Source: Macrostomum lignano | Taxonomy: Eukaryota | DNA length: 64,000 nucleotides | Direction: 5' to 3' | Assembly: GCA_002269645.1 (NCBI GenBank) | Contig: NIVC01002239.1 | Coordinates: 93,696-157,695 of the forward strand | Shown here: in pieces, positions 1 to 12,815 of the stretch | How the letters are laid out: the number at the start of each line of letters is the position of its first letter | Position numbering within the stretch: position 1 is the first letter of the stretch | Made by a program: the position numbers and the translations under genes | Notes under the pieces: model-generated | Told to the model about the DNA's origin: nothing | Database searches by the model: none | Seen by the model: the letters and a program-made list of their open reading frames with translations, nothing else

Positions 1-272
1 GCTGGACTGTGAGGAGATTCTGCTGGACTGTGGGGGAGATTCTGCTGGACTGTGGGCGATTCTGCTGGACTGTGGGGGAGATTCTGCTGGACTGTGAGGA
101 GATTCTGCTGGACTGTGGGGCGATTCTGCTGGACTGTGGGGGAGATTCTGCTGGACTGTGAGGAGATTCTGCTGGACTGTGGGGGAGATTCTGCTGGACT
201 GTGGGGGAGATTCTGCTGGACTGTGGGGGAGATTCTGCTGGACTGTGGGGCCGATTCTGCTGGACTGTGGGG
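1..272. repeat. 21-22 bp minisatellite (GCTGGACTGTGGGGGAGATTCT), intronic, continues off the window edge
   Basis: About 12 tandem units read directly from the sequence. Confidence 0.95.
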
Positions 273-333
273 TGATTCTGCTTCCGCCTTCCGACTAAGC
301 AGAATTCAGAATCCGAACTTCCGGCCGCCTCAC

Positions 334-718
334 CGCCTTGATGACCAGAGGCACCTCCTCCTGGCACAGGTAGCAGAGGAAGTTCTCCTCCGGGATGGTC
401 TGGCTCCAGTTGTCGCGTCGGGACGCCGCCGAGGCACTGCCGCCACGCTGGCCAGGCGGTCCGTCCGCCTCCTCCGTTTCCAGCCAGGCGTCGCTGCAGG
501 CAATGGTCGCCGAGGTTGCGCCGCCACTCCCCACGCCGCCATCATAGTCGCCATCGCCGCCGACTTTTATGCCGAAGGAGGCGCAGCCGCTGCAGCTGAC
601 GCCGCCTCTGCCGGTCGCCGAGTCACTGCCGCTGCTCGGCTGCTCGGCCGCCTTCTTCGACTGCTCAGAGGCCTCCTGGATGAGTCGGCGGGCTTCGGCA
701 CGCTGCGCCTCCCGGTGC
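334..718 (-). CDS. Exon 2 of R3H-like domain gene (low-complexity linker ending in a CxxC motif, ENFLCYLCQEEVPLVIKA)
   Basis: Acceptor cgaAG|G at 720/719 completes a phase-2 codon from exon 1 (AG+G=Arg) and gives the ORF 295..735 frame. Donor GCG|GTGAGG at 333 is followed by the minisatellite intron. Confidence 0.65.
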
Positions 719-784
719 CTTCGAGGAGCAGACAAAGGCAGATTGATTGAGTAGGTATTTTAGCTGTAGAGGCAGTTTAGCAGG

Positions 785-1960
785 TTGGGGCAGATGGATC
801 AGGCAGGGGCAGATGGATCAGGCAGCACAGATGGGTCAGGCAGCACAGATGGGTCAGGCAGGGGCAGATGGGTCAGGCAGCACAGATGGGTCAGGCAGCA
901 CAGATGGGTCAGGCAGGGGCAGATGGGTCAGGCAGCACAGATGGGTCAGGCAGCACAGATGGGTCAGGCAGCACAGATGGGTCAGGCAGGGGCAGATGGG
1001 TCAGGCAGCACAGATGGGTCAGGCAGCACAGATGGGTCAGGCAGCACAGATGGGTCAGGCAGCACAGATGGGTCAGGCAGCACAGATGGGTCAGGCAGGG
1101 GCAGATGGGTCAGGCAGCACAGATGGGTCAGGCAGCACAGATGGGTCAGGCAGCACAGATGGGTCAGGCAGGGGCAGATGGGTCAGGCAGGGGCAGATGG
1201 GTCAGGCAGCACAGATGGGTCAGGCAGGGGCAGATGGGTCAGGCAGCACAGATGGGTCAGGCAGCACAGATGGGTCAGGCAGCACAGATGGGTCAGGCAG
1301 GGGCAGATGGGTCAGGCAGCACAGATGGGTCAGGCAGCACAGATGGGTCAGGCAGCACAGATGGATCAGGCAGGGGCAGAAGGATCAGGCAGCACAGATG
1401 GATCAGGCAGGGGCAGAAGGATCAGGCAGCACAGATGGGTCAGGCAGCACAGATGGGTCAGGCAGGGGCAGATGGGTCAGGCAGCACAGATGGGTCAGGC
1501 AGCACAGATGGGTCAGGCAGCACAGATGGGTCAGGCAGGGGCAGATGGGTCAGGCAGCACAGATGGGTCAGGCAGCACAGATGGGTCAGGCAGCACAGAT
1601 GGGTCAGGCAGCACAGATGGGTCAGGCAGCACAGATGGGTCAGGCAGGGGCAGATGGGTCAGGCAGCACAGATGGGTCAGGCAGCACAGATGGGTCAGGC
1701 AGCACAGATGGGTCAGGCAGGGGCAGATGGGTCAGGCAGGGGCAGATGGGTCAGGCAGCACAGATGGGTCAGGCAGGGGCAGATGGGTCAGGCAGCACAG
1801 ATGGGTCAGGCAGCACAGATGGGTCAGGCAGGGGCAGATGGGTCAGGCAGCACAGATGGATCAGGCAGGGGCAGAAGGATCAGGCAGCACAGATGGATCA
1901 GGCAGGGGCAGAAGGATCAGGCAGCACAGATGGATCAGACAGCAGCTCATGGGTCAGGCA
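785..1960. repeat. 18/19 bp minisatellite (GGCAGCACAGATGGGTCA / GGCAGGGGCAGATGGGTCA) filling intron 1 of the R3H-like gene
   Basis: Over 60 tandem units of two variants. The long ORFs in all three frames are repeat artefacts. Confidence 0.97.
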
Positions 1961-1993
1961 GGTACAGAAGGCAGGAGAGGCGCGGCAACTCAC

Positions 1994-3102
1994 CTGGCCT
2001 GCTGCTCCTTCGCCATGGCGTAGGGCTTCCTGACAACGTAGGCGCGCTCGTGGCTCCGCAAGGCGACCTCCTTGAAGAACAGGCCGCGCTCCTTGGCGAA
2101 CCACCGCACTGCCCGACGGTCGGCTGGCTGCATCCGGCCCTCGAAGCGAAATTCGGTCACCATCGGGTCATTCAGGAACTTCAGAAGCTTCGTCTCCACC
2201 CGGATGGCAGCTTCGCTCGCTTGGCTGCCAAACCCGCCCCCGCCGACGTCGCCGCTGCCGATGGGTTCGTCACCGCCGCATGCCGCGCTTGACACCGCCT
2301 TCGACATTGGCTCGTCGCTGTCACAGGAGGTGCCGCTGACGACGTTCCTGCTGCCAGCGTCGTCACCGGCCTTTACAGAGAAGGTCGCAAATCCGGCGTC
2401 ATTGTCTTGAAAGTCGCCACCGACGCTGCAGCCTCCGCCGACGGAGACCGAGCCAATCCCGTAGTTCATTGGCTCGTCGCTGCCGCAGGCGGTGCCGCCA
2501 ACGCCGCCACCAGAGGAGACCGAGTCAATCCCGTAGTTCATTGGCTTGTCGCTGCCGCAGGCGGTGCCACTGACGCCGCTGACGCTGCTGGCGCCGCCGC
2601 TGTCGTTGCCGACCTTCACAGAAAAGGTGGCGAAGTCGGGCTCGTGTGAGCGACTCTCGCCAGCGCCGCCGCTGCCACCGCAGCCAAAGGACGCGCCCGC
2701 CGTGGTCAGCTCAGCCGAACCAGCTGAAGAAGTTGGTGGCGCACTCGGTGATGCGGACAGGCGCTGCATCTCCTCAAGCATCTCGTTGATCATGCTCCGG
2801 CGACTGGCCTTGTCAATGGCCGGCTTGGCCTGGCCACTGGCCGCGGGCGGTGTGTAGAACGGGTTGAAGTCGTCGCAGACGATGGGCGAAGGCGGCTGAG
2901 GCGGCGGCTGCTCGCTGCCCGCGGCCTGATTGCCAATGTAGAAGGGGTTGTAGTCATAGTCCTCCGGAGACAGGCCGGAGGCTGGCGGAGTTTCCTGGGT
3001 GGCCTCCACCTGCGCCCCAGAGCCGATGATGCGGCTTTTAAACAAGTTCTTGCCAAATTTTGGCTGAGTGACCTGCTGCGAGCCTTCTGACACAGATGTC
3101 AT
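1994..3102 (-). CDS. Exon 1 of an R3H-like domain protein: long disordered N-terminus, degenerate R3H domain near the exon end
   Basis: ATG at 3102. KLLKFLNDPMVTEFRFEGRMQPADRRAVRWFAKERGLFFKEVALRSHERAYVVRKP fits the R3H fold pattern. Donor AG|GTGAGT at 1993. Confidence 0.75.
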
Positions 3103-3568
3103 TGAAACTATCTGCTTGTTAATATCAGCTATCGGCAGCTCTAAAGATTCTGAAGGTGCAGTATAACATCCTGAAATAGTTTATATGAATTTTGCTTTTA
3201 GCATTAATGTATGTATTCCTAAATAGATAATATCCTATTAAAAATGGAAATTGTTCAAGGGTTTAATTATTAGCTTGGTAAAGGAAATATAAGTTACATC
3301 TCTGATAGGATAACTTACAAGAACTAAGCCATCTAGAAAAGTTTCAGACACTTAAATGTACCTTAATATTCCTCTATAATTTTTTCTAATATACAATAAG
3401 CAAACTAATAACTTCTTTGCATTTATTAAGCTACTAATCTATGTTGCCAAAGGCATAGGTATCATATATTTTTAGAAATTCACAATAATTTAATAAAAAA
3501 ATAGCTAGTTATAGGTAACTCATGACAATTAAAAAGCACCTAAAGATAATAAAGCTACCTATACAAAC

Positions 3569-4695
3569 TAGGGAATACAATTCTAGGATCCTGGAATTAA
3601 GCCAAAATCTTAGGATTCGAAATCCTAGGATTGACCATTGGGATCCCAATCCTGTCTTTTAATAATTCAATAATTCATTTTCAAGTAGTAGTATTTGCAG
3701 CTAAGGTACTTATTAGGTGAAAATAATAACACTCTTCTCCTTTTTTGATTTATTTATCTTTTAAGCATGCAGATTGCAGGCTAGTGAGTAGAAACTAGGG
3801 CTGCAAGACTACAAAACAAAAGCTATAATTAGCAGATTATAAGATATAAAATATAATGTTATAATGATATATGTGTTATAAATTAATGTATGCTAATGTA
3901 TGGTTTTTATAGTATGATATATGGTACCATATTAAATATGATACCAGCAAACTAAAAAAATATTATTCTAAAAACTGTGCAATGAGCACAGACAATAAAG
4001 AAATTATAGCCAATCTCTCATTATTACCAATATCTCTCATTATTAGACTAAAATCATTATTAATTTGAACTCTTCTTTTATTTTAATTGATTCAAAACTA
4101 GCTAAAATCAATGGTCTCAATCTTATGCAGATCAAAAGCCCCCTTTGCAAAAGACCTCATTTTTAGCACCCTTTAGATTAATAGAACTACTTTAAGCAAT
4201 AATTATCTTTTTTTAAACTCCTTGGCTATAATTGGGGTTAGAACAATAGAAAATTGTTATTAGACAAAAATCTAAGCTACCAATTCTCTATCTAGGGTGA
4301 GAGAGGTCTGATCCTCTTCTACCTTGATATTAATAATCATGCCATAGCTCTGCTATAAGCTGTAATTAATTCCCCAGGCTATATTATAATCAGTGTGATT
4401 TTCCTGAGTGGATACTAGCACATAAAAAGCAAATCTATTATTCTAGCCCTTACATCACACTCCACTTCAGAGTTCACTGTCAGTTTCATGTTTGCAAAAT
4501 AGTTTAGGCATATTTTGTTATACTTTCATTTAGCCTTTTCAGATTAGATTAGATCAGATTAGATGGCTTTGTAAACCAAATTTTCGCTAATAAAGATTAG
4601 TTCCCAGGATCATGGAATTGGCAAAGTCCGGCATATCCCGATCCCAAGAATCCTGGGACTGGCAAAACTCGGAATTTTATATACTCAATACCCTA
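3569..4695. mobile_element. Decayed MITE-like element related to the hAT-type MITE at 58749-59297
   Basis: Ends TAGGGAATACAA... and ...CAATACCCTA, with GGGATCCC/ATCCTGGGA-rich subterminal blocks like those at 58749-59297. No clean TSD. Confidence 0.4.
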
Positions 4696-5859
4696 GAAAC
4701 TTTACTAAGTTTTATATAAATTTTAAATAGTGACAGTGTGTCAATTTTAAAAATAGTCCAACTATGAAAGACAGGAAACTAAATATACATAAAATCAACG
4801 CAAAATAGTATTTTAGGCCCTAACCTTTTCAGTTTCCCAATCTTTTATCCTCGAGCTCGACGTCAGTGATTGATATTTTATCAACTAAATATAATAATAA
4901 TAATATATATAAATGCCCGACAAAAAAACTTAAAGGGCTGTTCTCTAAGATTTTATATTAATAAGATTTTGTCTTAACTTATTATTTTTATGCAGAGTAA
5001 GTGGCGTGTAGAAGAGCAGACTTTTATTTGATTTCTTGATTGCATTGTTAACAAGAAATGATTTTAAAAAGAATAAAGTTGTTTTTATCAAACTAGCGCG
5101 CAAGTAAACAATCACAAGTAGGACTCTATAAATAGTGCTTTTGCTTCAAGAGAGAAACAGTTAAATTTATAAGAATAGTTTATATACGGTACGTTTTTAA
5201 CTTTACAGATTGTAAGAATTTAAAGTTTATTTTACTGCATTAATATTTTTAAAATGTTAACTTTCTTAGACACCTTTCAAGCTGGGGGACCATTGTGCTG
5301 TGCCTGTTATCTGTTCGGTGCCCCATGGTCATTGCCAGATTGTGGCAGTAAATAGTATTGCGTGTTCTACTTTGCTTTGAAGAAAATTACCTTTTTGCCA
5401 TAAGCTACAACGATTAGCTACGCCAATATATCAGTCATAAGTTAACCCAAGACAAAATTGCACTTTTTCTAGTTTCTAAGATACGATCATTATATTTTAT
5501 AAACAGATTACTAAGAATAAAGTAATAAAGTACTAGAAGAAAATAAAATGTCTTTGTTGCGACTTAGCTCTGGTTTACGATTCTTTACCAGCATGAGGTA
5601 ATTTAATTTAGCAATTCATTTATAGCTGCACATGGTTCATTTAAACTGGATGGCTATATATGTTTATCTATCATTGACATTGACATTAAAATTAATTGTT
5701 TTTTATAATTATAACAATAGACACTATAATAGAGCTATGGCAAGTTGCCTAATATTTTAGGCTATCCTATAGCTTAATAAAAAATCTATTATTTAATTAT
5801 TTTCTCATTGTCAGTGTCAAAGGCCAAAGGATAGTGATTATTAGCTAGCATTTAACCAT

Positions 5860-6442
5860 ACTCAGGAAGGTGTCACGTGTGCGCGGGAATATATTTCAGC
5901 GTATTTTTAGAGTGTGCGCTGTGCGCGAAGCTAAAATATGAATTTGTGCGCCGAGGTCTACATTCGTTGACAAATACATCGCTAGAGTACTAATACGCCG
6001 TAGCACCAAAAACTCAGTAAAAGTCCAATTAAAACAAAACTAAAAACACGGTTAAATTTTTGAACCTTATATAGGCTTTTTTCAACTCAAAACTTTTGCT
6101 TTATTTTAGCTCACGTAGAAAATTGTCAAAAGAAATTGCTTTATCTTTATGGTAAAATCCCATTTTGAATTTTATTATTCATTTCACTTACCAAGAAACA
6201 ATTTTTTTATTGATATGCTTGGAAAAAACGTAATCTTAAAGCATATTTTACGCACTGCATATGCAGATTATATATTTAGGTGACTCATTGTGAGCTAAAT
6301 TTTTCTGATCAGGTTTTGCTGTGCGCCAATGTGCACTAAAAACTTCTGCTAAGCCTTTGTTATGCGCCGTATGCGCCATTTCGCGCATATTTTTCGTTGA
6401 TGTGTGCCGGAATTTTTCGCCATAATGTACACCTTCCTGAGT
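5860..6442. mobile_element. MITE with 14-bp perfect TIR (ACTCAGGAAGGTGT)
   Basis: TIR at 5860-5873 and its reverse complement at 6429-6442. GTGCGC-rich subterminal motifs, non-coding interior. TTAA lies near both ends but asymmetrically. Confidence 0.7.
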
Positions 6443-8011
6443 GTGGGCATTTAAGAAGTCCAAAAAGCTTACTTTACAAACATTTAAACATTAGAATAAA
6501 ATAATAAAGTGAGTAACTTTGTTTTTTAGCAATACACCCTAAGTAGAACAATAAATAATTGTAACTTTTATATATTCAATATAATAATATTTTATATATT
6601 CAATATAGTTATTTTTTTTATTTTAATATTTTCTGAGCTCTGTTTATTTTTTTACTGATATAAAAAAATTTTAAAATATATCTTAAGATCATAAAAAAAT
6701 AAAGCTTTAGAAAGATAAAAACTAGGAATAGGTTTAAATTAGTAAATTTGATACTTGGTTGATTTGTCTTGCAAAATTTCTTTTTTGGCTACCTTTTTAT
6801 TGGACAGATTAGCTTACAATATATATTTATAAAAATTGTGCCTTATAAAAAATAAGAATATTATCCTATTTTTAATAATATTCTAGTAAAAAGAATCATT
6901 TTTAATTAGTTATTCAATAGTTTGGTTACAAAATAACTTTGGCTACAGTATATTAATCTTCCTACGTACCTACCAACAAACCATTTTTAGTATATGGATG
7001 CATCTCACTATGTTATGTAATATAATAAGGCACAGAAGTTGCAGAAGCATATAAACTCTATGTCTTATAGCTTCAAATTGACTATTTGTCTTAAAATCCT
7101 AAGAATCTTAAAATTATAACTAGCAATCAATATCTCCCTTTGGGAAGCCAACAAAAATAGACTATAAGATGTAACCATGCTCTGGTCGCAAGATATGGCA
7201 AGGGAAATTTTTCAAAAGTACCTTTGATCTCCGTGCACTTCTGGAGCAAAGCCATAGAGACTGGGCCAGGTCTCTGACCAGGCCTGCTGACTCCCACTCT
7301 GCTGCACCCCCTGCTACCTTGGCTCTGTCTCCCATGCCACCATGCATGCCTTTCCGGAGCCCCTATCCCTCTCTGTACCTAACCGCTACCCTATTTCCCA
7401 GGCGTTGTGCCCTATCTATCATGTACTTTTCCCACTTCCCATCTTTTGTCTCTTTTTGCACTGTTTTCCTGCACTGTCCCCCCTCTTCTAGTACCTACTG
7501 ACAGTACTTTGTGCGCTCACCATCACCCCATCCCTTACTAAAACTCCCAAATGGTGACGCAAGTCTTGCAACCCCTCTTTCCCCTCGATGACTCATCGAT
7601 GACTCACCACCCTCTCTTGCGCAACCTTTTCTCATGCCATTGTTCTCCTCCCCAAATTTCTCATGCGATACCCACCCCACCTCTGCTTCTATTGGTCTCG
7701 TTTTTTATTCTTTTGTTCTCCTCTTCGCACACAATTATCAAATTTTCTCCGATTTTCTCTTTTTTGTTCTCGTTTGTTCTCGCAACCAATTAGCACCTTT
7801 TCTCCAATGTTCACTTTTCTATTGTTATCGATTCTCCCCAATTATCCCCGATTTCCATTTCCTCTGTTCTCGACCCCAGCCCCATTGTTCTCAATGTTTG
7901 CTTGCGCAACACTAGCGACCTCCCGCTGTGCCAATTATCCCCCACCCCACCTCCGGATTGTGCAATTTTCCCATTTCTCATGTTGCTATGCCGTTCTCAT
8001 GCTTCTCATCA

Positions 8012-8102
8012 TGACTCATTCTGACGTCATTTTGCTGGCAGCCAATCAGAGAGAGGGAGTCATGGAAACAACTTTGGAGCGGCGGGCGGGAAGGCTATAT
8101 AA
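8012..8102 (+). promoter_or_regulatory. Dense Pol II promoter motif cluster (AP-1, CRE, CCAAT, GC box, TATA)
   Basis: TGACTCA 8012-8018, TGACGTCA 8022-8029, CCAAT 8042-8046, GGGCGG 8084-8089, TATATAA 8096-8102, in canonical order and spacing. Confidence 0.6.
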
Positions 8103-8395
8103 GGAAGTGGTTTTCGGCATGAGAATCGTTTAACCTCTTCGGCTCTCCTCTGGTCCTTCTTTGGACTCGCTGTCAGACCTTGATCTGACCTATTCGTCTA
8201 TAGGACAAACCTCTGCCGGCCCGCGGTCTGTTACCGCCAAGTTACCTCAGCTCCCCAAGTGAGCTCATCTGCCGGCCTGCGGTTTGTTACCGCCCAGCAT
8301 CTTCAGCATCGCCTGAACAACATCAGCGCCTCATCGCTTCAGCGCATCACCGCCTCACAGTCTGCCTGTCTGCAGCCAGCAGCCGCCCATGGTCA

Positions 8396-8399
<4 letters not shown>

Positions 8400-8475
<76 letters not shown>

Positions 8476-8486
8476 GTGTGTGTGTG
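8400..8486. repeat. (CT)n(GT)n compound microsatellite
   Basis: About 36 CT units followed by a short GT run. Confidence 0.97.
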
Positions 8487-9476
8487 CAGCCGCCGGTAAG
8501 TTCCTATTACTAATTTGTGCTCTAATTGCCTTTGCTTATCCGGGGTTTGCCTATTTTCCATTGCTTAATTAGAGAGCTGAGCCAATCGTGATACCGTATC
8601 TTTTGCTGTATTTATTCAATAGTGAAGCCGCCTAATTGCCTGATTATTTTGCCTAGGGGCCTAATCGTTAACTATTACTAAACTCCTCATTATTCACACT
8701 TTCACCATCATTTCACTCATGGCTTGCTAAGCCTTTCTCCCGGGGTGGCTAAGCATAAGGAAGTTTGGGTAAGCTAATGGCCTCTCCCCCGTGCAAAGCC
8801 CGCCCGTGAGTGCGTGCTGCGGGGCCGCGTGTGCGTGCAGTAGAGGGGATTAGCGAGTCTTGGCACAGAATGGCAGTAGGAAGGTTGCAACCCCATGCGA
8901 ACGCGTCCCTTCGCCCTGAGCAATCTAAACTAGAGACAGTACATGTTCGCCTCATACTACTCTTAGTAATCAAAGTCGCAAATCAGCCTCGCTCACAGCC
9001 ACAAAGGATCCCCTGCTGAGAAATCCTCCAGATTGAGCCCAGAGTTCCCGATCATGCCCCAAGCAGAGTCCCTGTACTCGGCTGCATGTGTCTCCCCTGT
9101 TAGCCTAAATCTCCTAGTAACCATCCCAGGCGGGGCTCTAGCCTCGAGAGGTCTGGTAGTAAGATCCAGGTGCGCCAGGTCACATAGAGTGGTGGCAGCC
9201 ACTCGGTCATGCTGTGTCCGAGTGACCAACTATTGCACCTTGGCTACAGGTGGGGTCCATGTGGGTCCTTGGCCCTCTTGTCACGAAAGCGCTACCAAAA
9301 CTATCAATCATGTGGGCGGGACAGTCTGGTGCTGGAGGTCCGTCAGGTCATTGCCCGGTTATAGGCAGCCTACGGTCATTGCCCCATCAGGTCATGCATT
9401 CGCCTCCCCCCGAAGCAGACAGGCGACAAGGGCAGTTACATCATATATTTTTTAAATAAATTACATGTAGCTTCTG

Positions 9477-9660
9477 AGCTCATCCTTGAATATCTTAGCA
9501 ATTCTCCCCTTAAGCCTTGACATCTCGGCAATCCCCCATGAGTCTTGACATCTTAGTAATCTCACCTGTAAGCCCTTATATCTTAGCTAGCAATTCGCCC
9601 TATGAGCCTTGATATCTTAGCAATTCCCTTTCAAAGCTTTGACTTCTTAGCAATACCCTC
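9477..9660. repeat. Degenerate ~31-bp tandem repeat (...CCTTGAYATCTTAGCAATTC...)
   Basis: About 6 diverged units visible. Confidence 0.6.
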
Positions 9661-11244
9661 TTTTGTGCCTTTAATGCCTTCTATGTTATATATTCTATGT
9701 CTGGTGTAATGCTTTTATGTTTGACATGACTCTTCTTTTATTTTAATTTGATTAAAAAATATAATTGAATATTTTCCTTGTCCTTAGTCCAAAACTGTAG
9801 AGTGAAATTATAAAAATTTTATGATATTTATCAAAATATCTTTTGAAAACCTTGGCTTATGATAGTAATATTATGGCTGATTTGACTTGCTATAAAAAAG
9901 CCAGCAAATCATACAACCAATGTTCAAAGAAATAAAAATTTATGTACACTGTAAAAGTCATACCTCGTATGGTCACACAAAATTGATCTTATTTGATTGT
10001 GTTGAATAAGCCTTCATTCTAACAATGATTTAGTCTATTCATGTTGCCTTGAAATTGTCAAAAAGACCTTGAGCTTTTGTTTATGCTTCGAATTTCCTAA
10101 TATTTAATTAAATTTTCCTTTTTATCACTTTCCTTATTTTTCTCATTCTTTTTTGGTCTTTTAACCTAATCCCCTACTGTGAACTTTTCCTATCCTCTCT
10201 ATCTATATATACTAAAGTTGACGCGTTGTTTGTCTGTCTGTCTGTGTGTCTGTCTGTCATTTCGACAACTCCTCCTTGAATAGTGGCAACTCAGCGTTGA
10301 AACTTATATGGGAAGATTGGAAATTATCCGAGGTCGGCTATAGGCTATTTTAATTCTGAAATTTTAATTTCTAAAATCCTCAAAAAAGCAGAAAACGGCG
10401 GTCTTGACCTTTGATAATCTTAATTGTCCCCTCTTTCTGCTTGGAGCTGAAAATTTGCATGAATTTCAAGTGATTGCGCCACAACTTTTCCCTATCTCTG
10501 CAGTGTATTTTCTCTCCAGTGGGGGGATGGGGCGTTCTAAATGGCTGCCTGTGTACAATCGGACCCTGGCTCACTGGCTGACTGTATAGACAATTGCGCA
10601 AAGATTTGTGTTCTAATTTTCAATAGGCAGCCCTGTGATTTTGTTGAACGTTGAAATTCAATGCATAAACTTGCGGGCCTCTTTAGCAGGCAGTGAACGT
10701 ACAATCGATATTTCAATGCTTTAAATCAGAAAGTTTCAAACGCAAACTGTTGCTCGAGTTTTTAACTTTGAGAGAAAAAATTTATATTGCTGGAAAGAAC
10801 TTGCAAAGCTGATTTCAGGGATATAAATTGTTTGCTTCAAATATTAAAACTAAAAGCTCTGCATTGCAAAAACTATTTCCATACTTTAAACTTTCTGCAA
10901 AGATTGTACTCATTTTGGCGAGAGGTGAGAGATAAAGTTGGGGGTTTCGACTTCCAACTGGCGCTGTGTATAGGAAGGGGGTCAGTTGCTTTGTATTGGA
11001 GGGTTGATTTAGATTGCGCAATGTTTTTGTTAACTTTAACTGAGACTGATACTGACTGACTGTGAAATCGGTTGCGCAATGAATTGATTCAATTAGTTCA
11101 ATAGTTTATCAGTGCCTTTTAACACGAAGCTGTGCGTAGTTCTAACCCTAACCCTAACCAATGAATCCGGAGAGTTGAGTTGTTTGACGGAAAAAATTCG
11201 ATTGAGTCCAGTTTAGCGGAGACGATTTCAATGTTTTAATTTTG

Positions 11245-11665
11245 ACAAAGAGGATTTCTGTTTCGTGGAGAGGATTTCGATGGTGCTCAGTTTCACGGAG
11301 AGGATTTTGATGATGTTCAGCTTCACGGAGAGGATTTCTGTTTCGCGGAGTTAAATTTATGATTGATTTCTGCTTTATGGAGACGATTTTGATAGATTTA
11401 AGTTTCAAGGAGAGGATTTCGAAGGTGTTCAGTTTCACGGAGAGGATTTCGAAGGTGTTCAGTTTCACGGAGAGGATTTCGATGATGTTCAGCTTCACGG
11501 AGAGGATTTCTGTTTCGCGGAGATAATTTATGATTGATTTCTGTTTTATGGAGACGATTTTGATGGATTTAAGTTTCAAGGAGAGGATTTCGATGATGTT
11601 CAGTTTCACGGAGAGGATTTCGATGGTTTTCAGTTGCACGGACAGGATTTCTGCTTCGCGGAGAG
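11245..11665. repeat. ~30-bp minisatellite (TTCAGTTTCACGGAGAGGATTTCGATGGTG) inside Helitron unit 1; shorter copies at ~14440-14580 and ~16745-16880
   Basis: Tandem units seen directly in three Helitron units. Confidence 0.85.
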
Positions 11666-11694
11666 GATCTTGATGGATTTGGCATCTTCAATCA

Positions 11695-12815
11695 GTCAGA
11701 GAAGAGAGTAAAGAGAAGAATGAAAAGAGAAGAGAGATGAGATGATAGAAAACAGAGTAGAAATGAGTGGAGAGATTAGACATGACAGATGGGAGAGAAG
11801 AGGAAAGTAAGGCGGGAACGAAGGAGAGAGAAGAGAAGAGGAGAGAGGAGATGAAGGGAGAGGATATGAGAGAGGAGATATGAGATTGCAGAGAGGAGAC
11901 AGGATGGAGAAGAAAGGAGGGACAAGAGCGTACAGAGGCAATAGAAGAGAGGAAAGAGAGGAGAGAGGTGAGAGGTGAGAGGAGAGAGAGATGAAAGATC
12001 AGAGATCAGAGATTTAAGAGAAGAAAGTAGTGAGGAGAAAGAAGAGGGTAAAGATGAGAGTGCAGAGAGGAGAGAAACGAGAGGAGACAGGTGGTAGAAA
12101 GGAGTGTAAAAACAGCAGATAAGAAAGGGGAGGGTGAGAGTGAGAGCATATAGGAAAGTGTAAAAGGGGAGCAGAGGAGAGAGAATATATAAGTGAGTAG
12201 AGAAGAGATATGAGAGAGGAAAGACGAGGGGAGAGAGGAGACAGGAGAGAGTAAATTTGAAAGACCTGGGAGAAGAGATAAAAAAGATAGTACAGATGAG
12301 AGGAGAGAGAGAGAGGAGAGATGAGAGATGCAATGAGAAAAGAGATGAGTGAGAAAATAAGAGAGAGAAGAGATTAGAGATTAGAGAAGAGATGAGGGGA
12401 GATGAGAGTAGAGAAGAGAGAATGGAGAGGAGAGAAAAGAGAAGAGAGGAGACAGGTGATGCAGTAGAAAGGAGGGAAGAAAGATGGGAGATAAGAAAGG
12501 AGAGGGTGAGAGCGTATAAGAGATACGAGAAATGAGAGCAGAGAGAAGAGAGAAAAAAGAAGAGAGAAAGTAGAGCGGAGACGATAGATAAGTGATTAGA
12601 GATTAGATATGAGAGAGGAGAGAAAAGGGGAGAGATAAGATAGAAGATAGGAGAGTAGACAGGATAGGGTACAGACGAAAGACGAGGGAGAAGAGATAAA
12701 TAAGGGAGTAGAGATAAATAAGAGAGTAGGGGTAGAGATGAGATGAGAGAGAGGAGAGAGAAGCGAGTCACGATAATAGCGAAGAGAGGAGAGAGTAGAT
12801 ATGAGAGACGTAAGA
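11695..12815. repeat. GA-rich polypurine low-complexity tract (Helitron unit 1)
   Basis: About 1.1 kb of mostly A/G on the + strand; homologous tract in unit 2. Confidence 0.9.

Larger units (their letters stand above)
7170..9440 (+). mobile_element. Candidate solo-LTR-like element (TGTAAC...GTTACA) containing a Pol II promoter
   Basis: Inverted termini, GC-richer block within AT-rich DNA, internal TATA/CCAAT cluster. No clean TSD and no coding region. Confidence 0.45.

Noticed and set aside
747-2292. Three 400+ aa ORFs on the + strand
   Set aside because: They are translations of the 18/19-bp minisatellite, open in all frames and lying in an intron of a - strand gene.
8389-8495. LTR-like promoter exon as the coding first exon of ACADL
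   Set aside because: ATG 8389 to donor 8496 is phase 2, while the acceptor at 21673 needs phase 0. The peptide is a CT-microsatellite translation.
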